64,000 bases of DNA. It comes from Euglena gracilis. Its lineage: Eukaryota. Both the position numbers and the translations under genes were made by a program. Shown piece by piece: positions 45,081 through 59,015 of the stretch. A model generated the notes under the pieces. It did not search any database and was not told where the DNA came from. It was given only the letters and a program-made list of their open reading frames with translations. The stretch covers positions 31,272,012 to 31,336,011 of the forward strand of contig CP154954.1 in the NCBI GenBank assembly GCA_039621445.1, written 5' to 3'. Positions within the stretch are counted from its first letter, which is position 1; each line of letters begins with the position of its first letter.

Positions 45081-46742
45081 GAGGTTCGGCACGTTTGACG
45101 AGGACCCTCGGCCACCAAGGGGGGGGGTACCCATTTTGCCGTGCCGAGGGGGTCGGACCCCCAGGGGGGGAGGGTCCAACGCGGCGGAGAGCCGAAATTT
45201 CCCAAAGGAAATTTTTTCATTGGTATGGTTCGGCCCTGCCGAGGGGGTCGGCCGACCACGGGGGGGTAGGATTGCTATTTTTCCGGAAAAATATAATTTT
45301 ATTTTTCCGATGGAAAAATTGTGGGAAAATTGCGGAAAAATTGGAAATATTGCCGATATTTTTCCATCATATGAAAATTGACCCGGAATGGGAAACAACC
45401 ATCAGCCATTCAAAGGCAAAGAAAAGTGAATCAAATGGCAGTCGCGGCAATGTGATGCCAGCAACGTAATAGGTAAGGGTTGCAATGCAACGTGATTCAC
45501 ACGGATATATACCTCACGCACCAGCTTTTCAAAAGCAATCCGAGGTCTACCATCGGATAAAAAATCCGGGGGGTGTTCCCCCCGCATCCCCCCCCCCGCG
45601 TCCCCCCCCCTCGCGTCCCCCCCCCGCGTCCCGGATTTTGGCCGGGCACGTTTTTTGGTTGACCAAAGGAAAATTACATGCAAATTTGGGTGACGCCAAA
45701 GAAAATGTGTGGGGACAGTTGGGCCACAGTTCCCCCCCCGCGCGTCCCCCCCGCGTCCCCCCCCCACGTCCCCCCCCCCCCCCGTCCCGAACCACCCCCC
45801 CCCCCCGCTGTACTGAATACTCTCTCAACCGATGCTTGAGAAGCCGGAATACAAGCCAGCGGTTTTCCTAGACTGGATATGTTATGAACGGCACCATTCT
45901 CATTTATTGGAAAATATTTTCTCAGAAATCCATACAAGCCTTAACTCAGGTGTTGGGGGTGTGGGTGGGGGGAGATGTGGGTGTGGGGGGGACGTGGGTG
46001 TGTGGTGGGGGGGGTGGGGGGCTGGGGGGTTGGGGGGGGGGGGGTGGGGGGGGGAGGGGGGGTCTGGGGGGGGGGGGGGGGGGGGGGGGAGGGTGGGGGG
46101 GGGGGGGGGGGGGGGTGGTGTGCGGGTGTAGGGGGGGGTGGGGTGGGGGGGCGTTGGAGGGAACATGGTGGGTTTTTCGATTTTATTTGAGAATTGTGCC
46201 TTGTGGAAAGGGTGACAGTCAAAATGACTATCTTTGAAGTGGCCTGGACTTGAGCCGAGCCGGGCCAGGCCGAAATTGGCTAACTACACCAAAAATGGCT
46301 TGCAAAATGCAGTTTCCAAAAAAAATGAGGATTTGGCAACCCTCCAAAAAAATGTCCAAAAAAACCACCAAAGCAGCATTTTGGGCCAGTTAAAGAGATA
46401 TGTGGCCGGACTGCATTGCTGTTGCCAATCGCAATACACACATCGTGCAACAATCGCATCCTTCATATCAACAATGCCACCTTCTTTGTTCAATGGCACA
46501 AAATGTGTCCAAATTCCAACCTTCCTTCCACGGCCCATGACAAAAAACACCACTGCAAAAAGAAAAAAATATTTTTTCTATTTTTCCTATTGGAAAAATA
46601 AAATATATTTTTCATGGAAAAATTGCGGAAATTTTTCCTGGAAATTTTTCCTGGAAATATTTCAGCAATCCTACGGGGGGGGTACCCATTTTGCCGTGCC
46701 GAGGGGGTCCGACCCCCGGGGGGGGGAGGTATGCCGAACCTC
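45081..46742 (-). mobile_element. Internally deleted hAT element (BED finger plus hATC)
   Basis: TIR GAGGTTCGGCA/TGCCGAACCTC; IWTHF...ARCVYC at ~46420-46520; IPASQASVERVFSTA|DFLSDGRPR split by a MITE. Confidence 0.8.
45569..45804. mobile_element. PIF/Harbinger-like MITE, copy 2
   Basis: Homologous to 32684-32927; 3-bp TSD CCG; removal restores the hATC frame. Confidence 0.75.
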
Positions 46743-47289
46743 CATAGAGGTCTGGTCTGCTCCTTGCAGTCTTTTCCATCCACTCAGAAAAACGCAACCA
46801 GTCTCACACAGAAGTGCCCACGGGGGCTCAACAAAAATGTCCATGCGGGCCTAAATTTCTCGTCCATTAGGATCAATAATTGTGTCCAGGGGGGTTCTCC
46901 GGAACGTGTCCGCGAGGGACAACAAAGTCCAGGAGGGATCTTCATTTTGTCCAAAATTCCCTGCTAGGGGGTGTATGGGACGCGGGGGGGGAGGACGGGG
47001 GGAGACGCCCCTTAGAGACCGAATTTTTTTCCATCGCCGAACAAGGTGCCTGCAAGGTGCAAAAAAATGTTTGTAGACAAAGGGCCAGTTGTGGATAGTC
47101 CTGGTTTGGTTAGGAGTATGTACAAATACAGCAAGCGCGAGTAAGCGAGCGAACGCTTGAGCAAAGCTCAAGGTTGGGGGTTTGGGGAGTATAGGTTTAT
47201 GTGTGATGGTCTAGAGGACCAGTGTGAAAGGGAGAGGAGGGGAAAAAGAGAGGGGGGGGGTGTGAGGGCACCGGCGTCAGGGTGAATTA

Positions 47290-47792
47290 TCACGTAGATA
47301 AAAGCATCCGGTCTGTGGCTCTTTCGGCCAGGCGCAGTTGGCGGGCAACTGCCCGGGCGAGTATGATATATAGATTCTCTGTCAGTTCCTGGAGCCGGCG
47401 TTGTTTGACAATGCCGGCGAAAGCGTTTGTAGCCATGTGGAGGATTTCACGGAGGAGCTTGGCAGCGGCAGGGCCAGGACAGCCCCACGGGTTGAAAGTC
47501 ACACCGGAGTAAGTCCCACTGATGCCGCGAACATCTGTCCTCTGCCTGGTTCCTTTTATGCAGCTCAGCATCGGGCAAAGTGCGTGAGACACGGGTGAGA
47601 TTCAGAGGCCACTGGGAGGGGGGCCAGAGGGTGTTCGATGGAAACGTCTACGGCAAGGTGCCGTCCTTTGTTCCGGCCGAGCAGTGGGAGGTCGGCAAAC
47701 TCCTTGCGAACAGAATCGCCTGCTCGCTGGCAGAGATCGACGATGGCGTCCCGGAGGCAGTTATGTCTTTCGGTGACGCCGTTCTTGCGGCC
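47290..47792 (-). pseudogene. Second CRE-like RLE fragment, copy B
   Basis: As 387-913, with a short deletion near 47697. Confidence 0.7.
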
Positions 47793-50593
47793 TAATGATT
47801 GTACCGGGTTTTCACCTTCCCCTTACATCCTCCATCACGGTGGGTAGCACAGCTTCACCCAAACCGTGCCCCGGGCCCAGGGAAACGTCTCTTTTGGCCC
47901 TCGCCACAAGAGGAACCCCCTTGTGACTCCCTGTGCCGCCACAGGTCGCGGGTAGCTTATACTGTGGGAGTAATGTACAAAAGAGTGTTGTCAGGGTGCG
48001 GAGGTTGGTTAGCGGAAGATGAGCAAAGGTCACCTTCAATAAATATTGGGCGGGGAGGGGGGCGTTTGTACCTCTTTTGCCACAGGATGGCGTGTTTGTG
48101 TCGGGTTTTTTGGCTTTTGTTGTGTTCTGCTTCTCTGCGCGTCTATGTGACCCATTGATTTGTCTTTGGCTCGGCGTGTGGCTCTGCTCAAGGGGTAACT
48201 AGGGGTTACTGAGTTGTGTCTTCTTTGCTCATTTTGTAATCTGACCTTGGGGTGCTAACATAGTAGGTGAGAGTTCAAGGTTGGTTATTTGGCTGAGAGT
48301 TTGTGCTCAAAGGCCTTCAGACAGAATATGGTGAGTGGGCGGAAGACAGGGTGATCTCATCTTTGGAAGAATACAAGCTCCAAACGAGCTGTCTACTGAT
48401 TTCTCTGATAAGTGTGAAGGACAGGCCTTGCCAAATGTTTGCTTCTGCGGCCCGCCGTTGCCACCCTTCCCGCTGCCCCAGAAGGGCCTTGAGGAGGGTG
48501 GCCATCAAGGAGCGCGCTTCTTGTCCCATGCCCCCGTAGCAATCCATGACGAATGGCATCAACCGCCAGCCCAGTCGTTGGCATGTTGCATCATATTTGG
48601 TATGCTTTTCAGCCTCCTGACGTGTTTGCCATTGTGAAAGGCTCTCTGCACTTCGGAGCGGATGACTTTGCGCAAGGGTGTGGCGGATTGTCACATCCAC
48701 TGCAACGGGTCCATCACTGTCCAAGCGAGGAATGAAGATGTCCCCAGGCCGGGAACGGTCATCAACTCGTTGTTCTTTACGGGCTGTAAATCCTGCCTTC
48801 TGTGTTGTGGTTGTCAGAAAGTCTTGGACAGCCCCGTGCCGCCGGGTGATGAAGTTTGATTTGCAGCAAACGAGGTGGTGTCCGAGAAAGTCTGATGGTC
48901 CAAAGCATTTGGGACAGAGGTTGGGATCGGATTCCATTGGTGTGAGAGTCATTCCGAGGGACCAACAAAGTGTGCAGCGGAATTCAGCCGTGGGTAACAG
49001 GGTGCGCAGTCCTTGAGATGGTGTCAAAGCGGCCCACGCCATAGCATGCGGTTGGCATTGGCTTGCAAAACGTACAGCAGCAGGTCCATTCAATGTGTCC
49101 CGAAGTGTTTTCTGGCGGGCAAGCATGCCCTGCTGGTTCCACCAACGTTGTGAATTGTGTGGAGACTGTGCCTGAGGAATCAGGTTTTTGTCACTGGCCC
49201 ATTGTGGCAGTGGAGCCATTTGACCAAGTTCATTGAGGGCTGTCTGTAAACAATCGTCAGTGTCCTTGGGAAGGATGTCCATGGCAGCAGGCAGGCCCAA
49301 GACAGAGGGAGCTCTTCGACAAAAGTCCACCACTTGAGACAATCTGGCAGGCACACGTTGAAATAGTGGATCCGAGATCCCCAGTCCACGGCATCTGATG
49401 GCCAGGGAAACTTGCAGCCATTCTTCTGGGGTGCAAGGGGAGCCGACCATGCCACTGAATGTTTCCCGAATAATTCCCGACAATGTCTTGCATGCCGCTG
49501 TTGCAGAGGAGATTTTACAGGCGCGCAAGAGGTCATTCACTTTGCAAGCGGGTAAGCAAAACCGAAGCAAGGTGAATTGCACATGCGATTGAGGTAGGTG
49601 CTGAAGTACTGTGCAAGAACGTCGGATGTCTTCAATGCGCTTATTCCAAACTTCTTCACAGAAGGGGTCATCTTGGGGGTGGTGGACAGGGACCCCTAAA
49701 ACTTTCAGACCAAAACCAGCAACAAAGGCGGTCAGTGGTATTTGATGTAAGGGGCTATCCTGTGGCGTGCCAGGGGGAATGCAAGGGGCACCTTCTGTTG
49801 ATGTGAACGCTGGTCCCCACAATCGACATTTTGCAGGGTTCACGGCCAACCCAAGCGTGGCTGCCTCGCGAATTAGAAATGCAAGGGCATTGTGCAATTG
49901 TGCTGGCTATCCCAGCAGATGGGCATCGTCCAAGTACCACCCCTGCCATTCAACCAAACGTGAGAGGCCCTCACAAAGGTCTTGCACACCCCAGGCGAAA
50001 GCTGCAGGTCCGCATGGGTCGCCTTGTTGAGCTCCCCTCTGGGAAGGCAGACAATGGTTTCCACAATACAGCTTGCTGTGTTGGGCGTAGCACGAATCCA
50101 GCCAAGGGCACACTTCTGGGCATCGTCTACGGATGGATTGCAGGATTTTTTCCCGTGACAAGGAGTTGAAGGCATTCCTGAAATCCACTTGAAGCAGCCC
50201 CCAGCGATTGTCTCTGCCCGAATGCAGAGTGTCCACCATCTGTTGGATTCCCATTGCGATCAATGGACATGCATTCGGCACACCAACGCCACATTGAGGA
50301 GGACTCAGTTCTTTCAAAGCGTTCACCACTGTGGGATGACGCACGAGGCATTTGCCAACCAATCGGCGGAGTGTTTCACCTGCTGCGATCGGGCGAGTGT
50401 CTTCATCACACACCGTGTGCTCCACAAGGTTTCCAAAAGCATCCTCTTCCATTGCTGTTTGTTTGTTCTGTTTTCGCAGAGGTGTCAACCTGGCAGAGGA
50501 AAGAATTGGGGCCATGCCGGGGTGAACACCGTGTGTAATTGCCCGACAGATGAAGGTATCAAGCACTTCGAGGAGGTCATCTCCACAAGCCCC

Positions 50594-51026
50594 CATAGCT
50601 GGCGTTTTTTTTTGTTTTTTTTTAAAAAAAACGTTTTTTTTGTTTTTTATTAAAAAAAACGGGCAAAAAAAAACGGCCAAAAAAACAAAGGGGAAAATGA
50701 TGGTCCAAATTTTGCCTTTGATTGCAAGGGTGAACCAATCTTAGCTCAAATGACTTGAAAACCAATACTTTTGGTTGTCTTCAACAAGATGGTCAAAATA
50801 GGGCATTTTTCTGCAATTTTGGGATGTTTCAACTTGAAACATCCCAAATTTGGTGTCTTTCTCTGACCGAGGATGGGCAAAAAAAGCTAAAATTGAAGAC
50901 AAAAACTTTTTTGCCCTGGACCCTCAATGGCGTTTTTTTGTTTTTTTTAAAATTTTAAAAAAACATGTTTTTTTTTAAAAAAAACGTGTTTTTTTTGACT
51001 TCGTTTTAAACGAAGTGCCAGCTATG
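50594..51026. mobile_element. hAT-type MITE in the CRE RT gene, copy B
   Basis: TIR CATAGCTGGC; TSD CAAGCCCC. Confidence 0.9.
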
Positions 51027-52307
51027 CAAGCCCCTGGGTAGTCTCCAACCATGGCCTTGAGGTGGTCAGGTCTCAGGCCGGAAGGTCCCGGTGCGGATTC
51101 CTTTAGGAACCCGAATATAGCTTTGCGCAAATTTTGCAATCGCTCTTTTGTGCTTTCCGGAGGAAAGGTAATCGTTTGGGAAGGGTCGGCCACTGGGATG
51201 CGCAGTGGAGGCTCTGGTGGGTGAAGGTCACGCAGCCTTTGAATCACTTTTGGGTCATTGCTGTTCTGAACCCCCTCAGAGGTGAGCTCTCGGCATGCTT
51301 TTGAAATAGCCCCGTGGCCAACAAGGCTTTCAATGCGGGAGAGGAACCGTTCTTCAGTTGCCTAGGCTGCCAGTGCTGTTTTTTTGCCTTGTCTGTCTGC
51401 CTTGTGGCTTTTGTGGGAGACTGGAGTCCAACCAAGAATCAAATACAGGACGGGTGAGATACAAGCGAGCTCGTTCTGCAATTTTCTCCCCACCATCGCC
51501 CAGTTCGATCGCCCGCCACGTTGCAAAGGACAAAGCACCGCTTTGGGGAAGGCCCACAAGGCGTGCAGGGTTTCCCAGCCAGGTTCCCTATTGAAATGCC
51601 TCAACAATTGCAGGTAGGTTTGATTGACATTGAGGAGGGCTCCACGCGGCAGGTATACAAGGGTGCCTGTCATCAAAAGAAATTTCCTCAAAAGTGGGAT
51701 GAAGGGATGGTGGGCATGGAGCAGAGAATGGCGTACCCCAGCAATGTGATTTTGGCCAATGGGGGTTGGTGGGGGTCTAGCTGGGGCTGGTGACGATGCT
51801 GCTGCGGTTGTTGCCACTAAGGATGAAGAGCTACCCAATGGGGGGTTGGAGAAGTTCAGGAAAGGCGTCGCCTGATTAGCTTGCATCCACATGGCCCCAA
51901 CGTCTGACAGGGGGAAGGGTCCTGGTCCTTGTGTGCCAATTGGGTTCTCCATGATGACCGTGGAGCATATTGAGGGGAGGCCTTGTTGGCCAAAGAACAA
52001 TGCACCCAGCAGATTTGGGAACCAAGATCCCCTTTCCAATGGTGGCACTGCGGGTGGTGGTGTGGTCGGGGGGATGGAAATTTGTGATGCTGGCGCCATG
52101 TCAACGTCCTCACCCGACACCGACGGGGGCTCTGCGGGTGGTGGTGCTGTAGGAGGGATGGAGATTTGTGATGCTGGCGCCATGTCAATATCCTCACCCG
52201 AAACAAATGGTGGGTCTGTAGGAGGTCCGGGGTTACTTTCAATGTCCCCACAGGACAGTAAAGACCGACCTCGTCCTGCTCCCCCCGATGCTGCCAGGGT
52301 AGGCTGT

Positions 52308-52715
52308 GGAGGCTAGGCGCGCCGCTCGGGGGGGTCCGGGGCTTTGCGCGGGTGTGGCCGTGCGCGGGGGACCCTGGGGGTTGTCCCCCCGTCCATGTGC
52401 CTAGCATAGCCAAGAAAAAAAAAAATTGGTGAAAAATCGCGACTTTTTTGAGGCCCAAAAATGACCATGACCATTTCGGACACAAAATGGCAAATTTGGG
52501 GGCCGCGCGCTCTGCAGGCCAAAGCACTTTTTGGTCAAAAATGGCCCATGGCCAAAATGACCATTTTTGGACCCAAAAATCCCCGATAGGGGGGTGCGGG
52601 GGGGGCTGGCTGCGGGGGCCTTTGCACCCCCTCCCCCCCTCCCGGTGGCGCGGCCGGTCCGGGGCCGCTCGCCCCCCCCTCCGCCCCCCCCCCCCCCCCG
52701 CTGTGCCTAGCCTCC
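52308..52715. mobile_element. Harbinger-like MITE in the CRE leader
   Basis: TIR GGAGGCTAGGC/GCCTAGCCTCC; 3-bp TSD TGT; removal gives AKDSTQPTLAASG. Confidence 0.85.
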
Positions 52716-53883
52716 TGTGTGCTGTCTTTTGCAGGAGTGCAAGGCACAAGCATTTTTCTTTGTTTGGCCGACGTTGGGTGGTCTTTTCCGATCACCGGAG
52801 AGGGAACCTGGGGGTTGTCAAGTTCATTTTGCTGAAGTGGGAAGGTTGCAGGCCAGCAGAATGTGGCAGAACTGGCTGGCTGGGGGGCCATTGTTGCAGA
52901 CCAAAAGGTGTATGTGCTGTCTGGCTGGGGGGCCACTGTTGCAGGCGAAAATGTGGAGGAACATGGTCGCCAGTTTGTCGGGGGCTTTTCTGGCTGAGAG
53001 CAAAAATGGTGTCAGGGGGGCCTTTGCAGGCCCATGGCCTTTGCAGGCCACTGGGACAAAATGGTGCAACAGGACAAAAAGGTGTCACAGGGGGGCCTTT
53101 GCAGGCCCAGGGCCTTTGCAGGCCACTGGAGCAAAATGGTGTTGGAGGGGGGCCTTTGCAGGCCCAGGGCCTTTGCAGGCCACTGGGGCAAAATGGTGCA
53201 ACAGACCGAAATGATGTTACAGGGGGGCCTTTGCAGGCCCAGTGACTTTGCAGGACATTGGGGTAAAACAGTGTCACTGAGGGGTTGGGGGCAAAATGCT
53301 TTTCAATGTCAAGTCAAAACTGCTGCAAAAAGTGTCACTGAGGGGTTGGGGTGGCAAAATGTTTTTCAATGTCCAGCCAAAACTGCTGCAAAATGTGTCA
53401 CAGCTTTTGGTGTAACATGTGCTGTGAAAACTGGGGTTTGCCACTTCAATTGATCACAGGTTTGGGATGCAATGCAGAACACAGAAAAGAAGACACTGGA
53501 GCTGAAAGTGGCACCTAATGGTTGGCAGATGGGGGGGCCTTTGCAGGCCCAATGGGGGGGGCCTTTGCAGGCCCAATGGGGGGGGGCCTTTGCAGGCCCA
53601 ATAGGAACCAGCAGGGCTGAAAAGCCCAGTAAGTCGAACTTCTGGGGCTGCAGATAAGGGCTGAGAAACCCACTTCAACTGGAGAACTTGTCCTCGAACT
53701 GCACTGCACCTTGGTCTCGGCTATGAACTTGAACTTGAACTTGAACCCTTTTTCTTTGAACTTGATACCAGTACTTGTTACTTGAATTGTTCTTGTAACT
53801 TGAACTGCCAGGGACTTCACCTTGACCAGCACTTTTAACTTGAACCCCTCCAGGGGCTTTCACTTCTCGACCATGTGATATGT

Positions 53884-53909
53884 CGAAAAAAAATAGACAC
53901 TCAGAAAGT
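53884..53909 (-). ncRNA. Euglena spliced-leader exon copy (relic)
   Basis: Exact 26-nt SL. Confidence 0.85.
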
Positions 53910-55083
53910 TTTTGCGCATTAGGACTTCCCTGCCTATTGTCGGACCAGAATTCGCCCTCAGGTGACACCTCTGAACTGTGTGTGGGATCGACCGGAGACA
54001 CACAAAAAAAGTTTGAAATCCCACCCCCACCTCTTGTCTCAAGGATGCAAAAATCATCGCAGATTTTCCGAGAAAGGAGAAAATCTTTGTTTCTTCACAC
54101 CAAGTGTCAATATGCCAATGGTCTCAATCAAAGATTTTCACCTGAACTTTGCGTCCAAGTGGATGCACATGGGTTGTGCCGCAAATGCTCCAACGCTCTG
54201 AACTGGCATGGCCACAATCCATTCACCCTGTCTGCAGGCAACCAATGTCATCCCCTCAGTTTGATGATTTTTTGCCCCTTCCAAATTCCATTTACACTGA
54301 GCTTACTTGGTACCCTAACCGTTGCACGCCAGACCGAGGAGACGTCGCGATCGTCGGACGGCCAGAATCTGAGTCGAAAATTTGTCGCCATTTTCAGGAT
54401 TTTTGATTGTGTATTAAGAGGCTTAATAAACCTTACAAGAAAGTTTTCCTCTAGAATCAACGGACCTGAGGGCCTTGGGGGGGCACCAGAGTGGTGAAAA
54501 TTATGATTCCCCACTGACCGAAAAACAAGACCCCAGGCGGACGATGGTGAGTTGGGTGGTGATCGCCCGTGTCTGAGAGAAGAGGCTTTGCTTTCATCGA
54601 GGGGTATTTATACATGGACGATTGACACAGAGCCAGAAATACCCTCGCGATAGCCGGAATTTTGGTGAAGTGCAAAGTGGTATGTGTGTGGACATTGCAG
54701 TGTAATGGTCGAGATTGGTCATGGGAGTGTCCTTGGCCAGAGGGGTGGGACGCCGGTTCTGGTCATGAGCCCGGCGTCTCTAAAACGCCGGACTTAACCT
54801 TAAACAAAGATGTCTCGGACGCCGGTTCTGTCCAAAGCCCGGCGTTCCAAACGCCGGTTCCGTCCTTCGGACGGAACCGGCGTTTGGAACGCCGGACTTT
54901 GGACAGAACCGGCGTCCGAGACCTCTTTTTTGTAGTAAAGGCATCTGTGTTCAGGCACGTTTTCCATTAGGGCATCTGTGGCAACCCCGAGCAAGAAGCA
55001 AAAATCGCTGTCATGAAAAAACGGCGTGCGGTTGAGAGGCCGGGTGGTCCTCAACGGGTGAGGCGGGGCGGGGGCACTCTAAC

Positions 55084-55569
55084 TAGGGTTGTGCCAATTA
55101 ATCGTTTTGGGCTGGCGAACGATTAATCGCGATTAATCGGGGGGTCTCGGACGATTAACGATTAATTGGTCCCTTCCGATTTTTGATAATGAAATCTGCC
55201 TGAGAAATTATATCATCGAACATAGACCATTTCTTTGTGTGCCCGCTGACGAATTTTTGTTTCATTCTCCGTTGACATGGCAGAACGAAGCTTGTTAGGA
55301 ACTGTTGTTTCTTAATCAGAATCGCGCGATGTTTCACGGGCAGGTTCGCTGACTCGTTGGGCCACTTTTAACAACCGTTTTCATGGCGTACCAGCAAGTA
55401 GTGTGCTATCTGAATGACTACCCACAAATTTCTGTTGATTTCAACAAATATTGTGTTTGCATCCACATTACATCCACAATGAACGATTAAGCGCCATGGG
55501 GCCGAACGATTCGATTAATCGGCGATGACGAACGATTAATCGATTAATCGATTAATCGAAACAGCCCTA
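55084..55569. mobile_element. 486-bp TAGGG MITE, copy 3
   Basis: Duplicate of the 8080-8565 insertion. Confidence 0.9.
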
Positions 55570-55808
55570 CTCTAACAACACGACAGAAGGCTAGGTTGCC
55601 TTGGAGCACAACGACAGGGAGTGGCGGACTTCACGGCACACGACACGCTTTACACAAAAAAGAGCCATACTTTGGTGGCTCTTTTGCCAAATCTTGGCAA
55701 TGAAAATGATATGCCAATCCGCAGGCGTCACAGACAACTTTGTTCGGCTCCACACAATTTGGATTTTTGGGAATGGCAACACCACAAAATCTCGACCATG
55801 TGATATGT

Positions 55809-55834
55809 CGAAAAAAAATAGACACTCAGAAAGT
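55809..55834 (-). ncRNA. Euglena spliced-leader exon copy (relic)
   Basis: Exact 26-nt SL. Confidence 0.85.
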
Positions 55835-58318
55835 TTTTGCGCATTAGGACTTCCCTGCCTATTGTCGGACCCTACGATCCCTGATCGCCAGATCCGCGAC
55901 AGTAAATTAGGTATTGGCACTGTCCATCCCCTGTTCTGCAGTGTATTTTTCACGAAAGGAAGTACACCAATATGGGGGGGGGGGGTGGTACACCAAGCAC
56001 TGGAATACGTTTGGAAAGGTTATCTTGAAGTTGAAGAATTGGTGATACCATTCATGAACACCTGGAGCCGATGATCAAGTTGGAAGTTCAAGTTCCAAAA
56101 CAAAAAACCTGCTGTCCAGTTCGAGATCAGAACACTACTAGCTGGCTGTTTGACTTGCAGACGAAATTTGACAAGAAGATGATGATCCTTAAATTGGTTC
56201 TGCTGCTGTTCACCTTCACCAGCTCTTGGCAGGTGAATTCCCCCTCTCCCTCTCTCCCCTCCTGCCCCCCCTCCTGTCACTGCACTCCCTGGGCCAGTGT
56301 TGTCCTTACACGTTTTACAGTGTTGTACTTACAGTGTTGTACTTACCTTGCTTTTCCTTCCCCCAACAAAATCATTTTACAGCACATCCACACCCAGCGA
56401 CCCAACATTCACCCACAAATCTTTCATCATCCAAATTTCTCCCCCACACCCCCCTTCCCCATTTCACTGCCAAATGCCCCCCTCCTTTCACTTCCACATC
56501 TGGGACATTCCTCCACCACTACCAGTGGAATCTTACCAACCACTGTTGCAAAAAATCTCCCCTTCCCATTTTCACACCTTCCCCCCCAACATTCCTGCGC
56601 CATTTGCCATACCCATCCCCTTGTCCCATGTGTTCCCCCGGGGACCTTGGGTACACTTTCTCCCCATTCCTCCCAAACCCAAAAATTTTTCTGGGGTTCT
56701 CCTTCCCTAAACACCACCACATGGCAAACATGGGCCTCTCTGGTTCTGACTGCAAAAAAGACAAACCCCACACACCTCCCTGAACCTTTCCAGGCAAAGC
56801 CCTACACTTTCCCGAACAAAAAATGGATTCTTCTCTGCGGTGACATTCAGCCCAACCCCGGGCCAGTGTCTTCAGCCAACTGCCCTTTTCCAACACCTAT
56901 CCGCCGGCAACTGACACCTTGGGCGTGGTCACGAGGCACCTGGGACGTCTTCCCCCGGCAGGACAAGTACCAGCCCACAACCTTGGTGCACTGTCCACCC
57001 TCACATGGGACAACCTGGCGCTTCCCCTCGGCCTACGCTGCTGCCCGGCCGCACCAACCCCCCGCACGCAATCATGGCTGCTCACCCCTTCAACAACTCT
57101 TCCCTTCCAAGGTATCTAGGCCCGCCGCCCCCTCTCCCCGAATGACATTTGGCCTACCACCGCACTCACTACCCCAGCCGGCTGCATCCCCACGGACGTC
57201 TACCCTTCGCCGCCTCTCGAAAAGTCAAGAAGACGAGAACGACCATCCACCCTCCCGCAATACACTGTGGGGCCTAGCCGGTCGTTTGTCAAAGCTTAAC
57301 CTCCCCCATCCAATATCCAGGAAGTGTATGTACCATATACTCCGGATCATGTTCAATGTCCTCCTAGATCTCCAAACAGCATCGCTTCTGCACCTTACCA
57401 TGGGTCGCCTTATCTCTCTCCTCCTCTCCGTCCTCTCCCTCAACTGGCTTCTTATACTCACCCTGAAATATTACAACAATGCCACCTGTGCTCCCCCCTC
57501 ACAAGAACTTGCAGAACGCGGGCTTGGACAACGCGGCTCCTATCCCATCCCGACCCATATTTGGGACACTGTTGTCCCCCCCAGCCTCATCCACACCCTC
57601 CGCTACCATTCACCACCACCATCTCTTCAGCGACGCCCCTCCCCACTCACTTTTGTCCTTCTCCACTCTTTGGCACGGGACAAGTTCCTTCTTCCCCTGC
57701 CAATATCTTCGGGGGACTTCCACCCCTCCTCCAACATGGCGTCTTTTATCCACCCCAAAAATAGCAGTAAAGTCAGCTTTATTGCCGATTTGCGCTGGGC
57801 GAACGCATTCTCCAACCCTCCACCCTTCCACCTCCCCTCCCTTCCCCAAATCTCCCACACCATTTCCAAATTTCCCCCTGGCACACTGTGGGCTGCCACC
57901 ATCGACCTCACCAATTTCTTTTGGAGTCTCGAACTTCCTCCTTCCGCCAAGCACGCCTTCCGCACCTCCTCCTTCTACTTCCCTTGCCTTCCCTTCGGGT
58001 GGAACATCCCCCATACTAGCCCAACTTACCCTTCAAGACCTTATCAAGCAGGCTGTTTCCTCCCTCCCTTCGACGTACACCAACGGAACACACTTCTTCA
58101 TCTTCACCTACTGTGACGACATTCTCGTCCTTGCCCCATCGTACTCCCTCTGCAACCTCGTGACCGGCACCATCACATCTACCCTTCTCTCAAATAACCT
58201 CCTCATCTCCCCCAAATCCTCCCTTGTGCCGACACAAGAAATCACTTGGCTAGGCAAGGTCTTCAACCTTTGCAACCGGACCATCCAAAACACCCTTCCC
58301 ACATCCCAAAGGGCTCTT

Positions 58319-58967
58319 GGAGGAGCCCAGATAACCGTGGTGTAACCGCGGTGTAACTGCGGTGTAACCGCGGTGAGAACAAGAACAAGAGGGGTGTACC
58401 CCTCGCAACCCCCGCGACCCCCACATGGAGGGTTTCCGCATCCCAGTAGGAGCCAAAAAATGGCACCTAATTAGGAATTAGCACCCAAATTAGGAATCAA
58501 AATTGCCAAAATGTGTGATAAATTCCTAATTGGATCTATTTTTGGACACAAAAGTTCTAAAAGTAGGTCATATCTGACGTTGTGTGTGAGGTCACACAGG
58601 TCACACGTGACCCGTCAAAACTGCCACGCCCCCCCCCCGACCCCCCCCCCCGCGACGTTCAGCGAGAAGGGTTAAACTGTTTGCAAGAACCTTAACCCTA
58701 ACTCGACTCCTTCAAATAACCTCATAATGACCCGTTTCTGGCCTCAAGAGAACTGACTTGGCGTTTTTAGAAGTGGGTCATTTAGCAAAGGAGTAAACCC
58801 CCCCACCCCCCCCCCCGTTTTTTTCGGGTGGTCTTACTTTGGGGGGATTTCCCATTTTGCCGACGCCCCCGAAACTCTGCCTCCACCACCTTGCAAGGCA
58901 CCTTGCCCACGTAACCGCGGTGTAACCGCGGTGTAACCGCGGTGATAACCGCGGTGTGGGCTCCTCC
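58319..58967. mobile_element. Harbinger-like MITE in the DIRS-like RT
   Basis: TIR GGAGGAGCCCA/TGGGCTCCTCC; TSD CTT; subterminal GGTGTAACCGC repeats; removal gives QRALALCLL. Confidence 0.85.
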
Positions 58968-59015
58968 CTTGCCCTATGCCTCCTCTGCGCCTATATTCCC
59001 CTACATCCTCGTGTA

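Larger units (their letters stand above)
48317..52936 (-). pseudogene. Leader-2A-RT-RLE polyprotein (interrupted)
   Basis: Same RT/RLE motifs as copy A; ORF pieces joined after removing the MITEs at 50594 and 52308; stop codon and frameshifts remain. Confidence 0.88.
47793..53909 (-). mobile_element. CRE-clade non-LTR retrotransposon, copy B (retains the 2A motif); ends approximate
   Basis: As copy A; LLSCGDIESNPGP at 52223-52261. Confidence 0.85.
46906..58190. repeat. Segmental duplication copy B
   Basis: Near-identical to 1-11171. Confidence 0.95.

Noticed and set aside
45950-46155. Gly/Pro-rich ORFs or G-quadruplex element
   Set aside because: Noisy poly-G tract inside a dead hAT; probably low-quality sequence.
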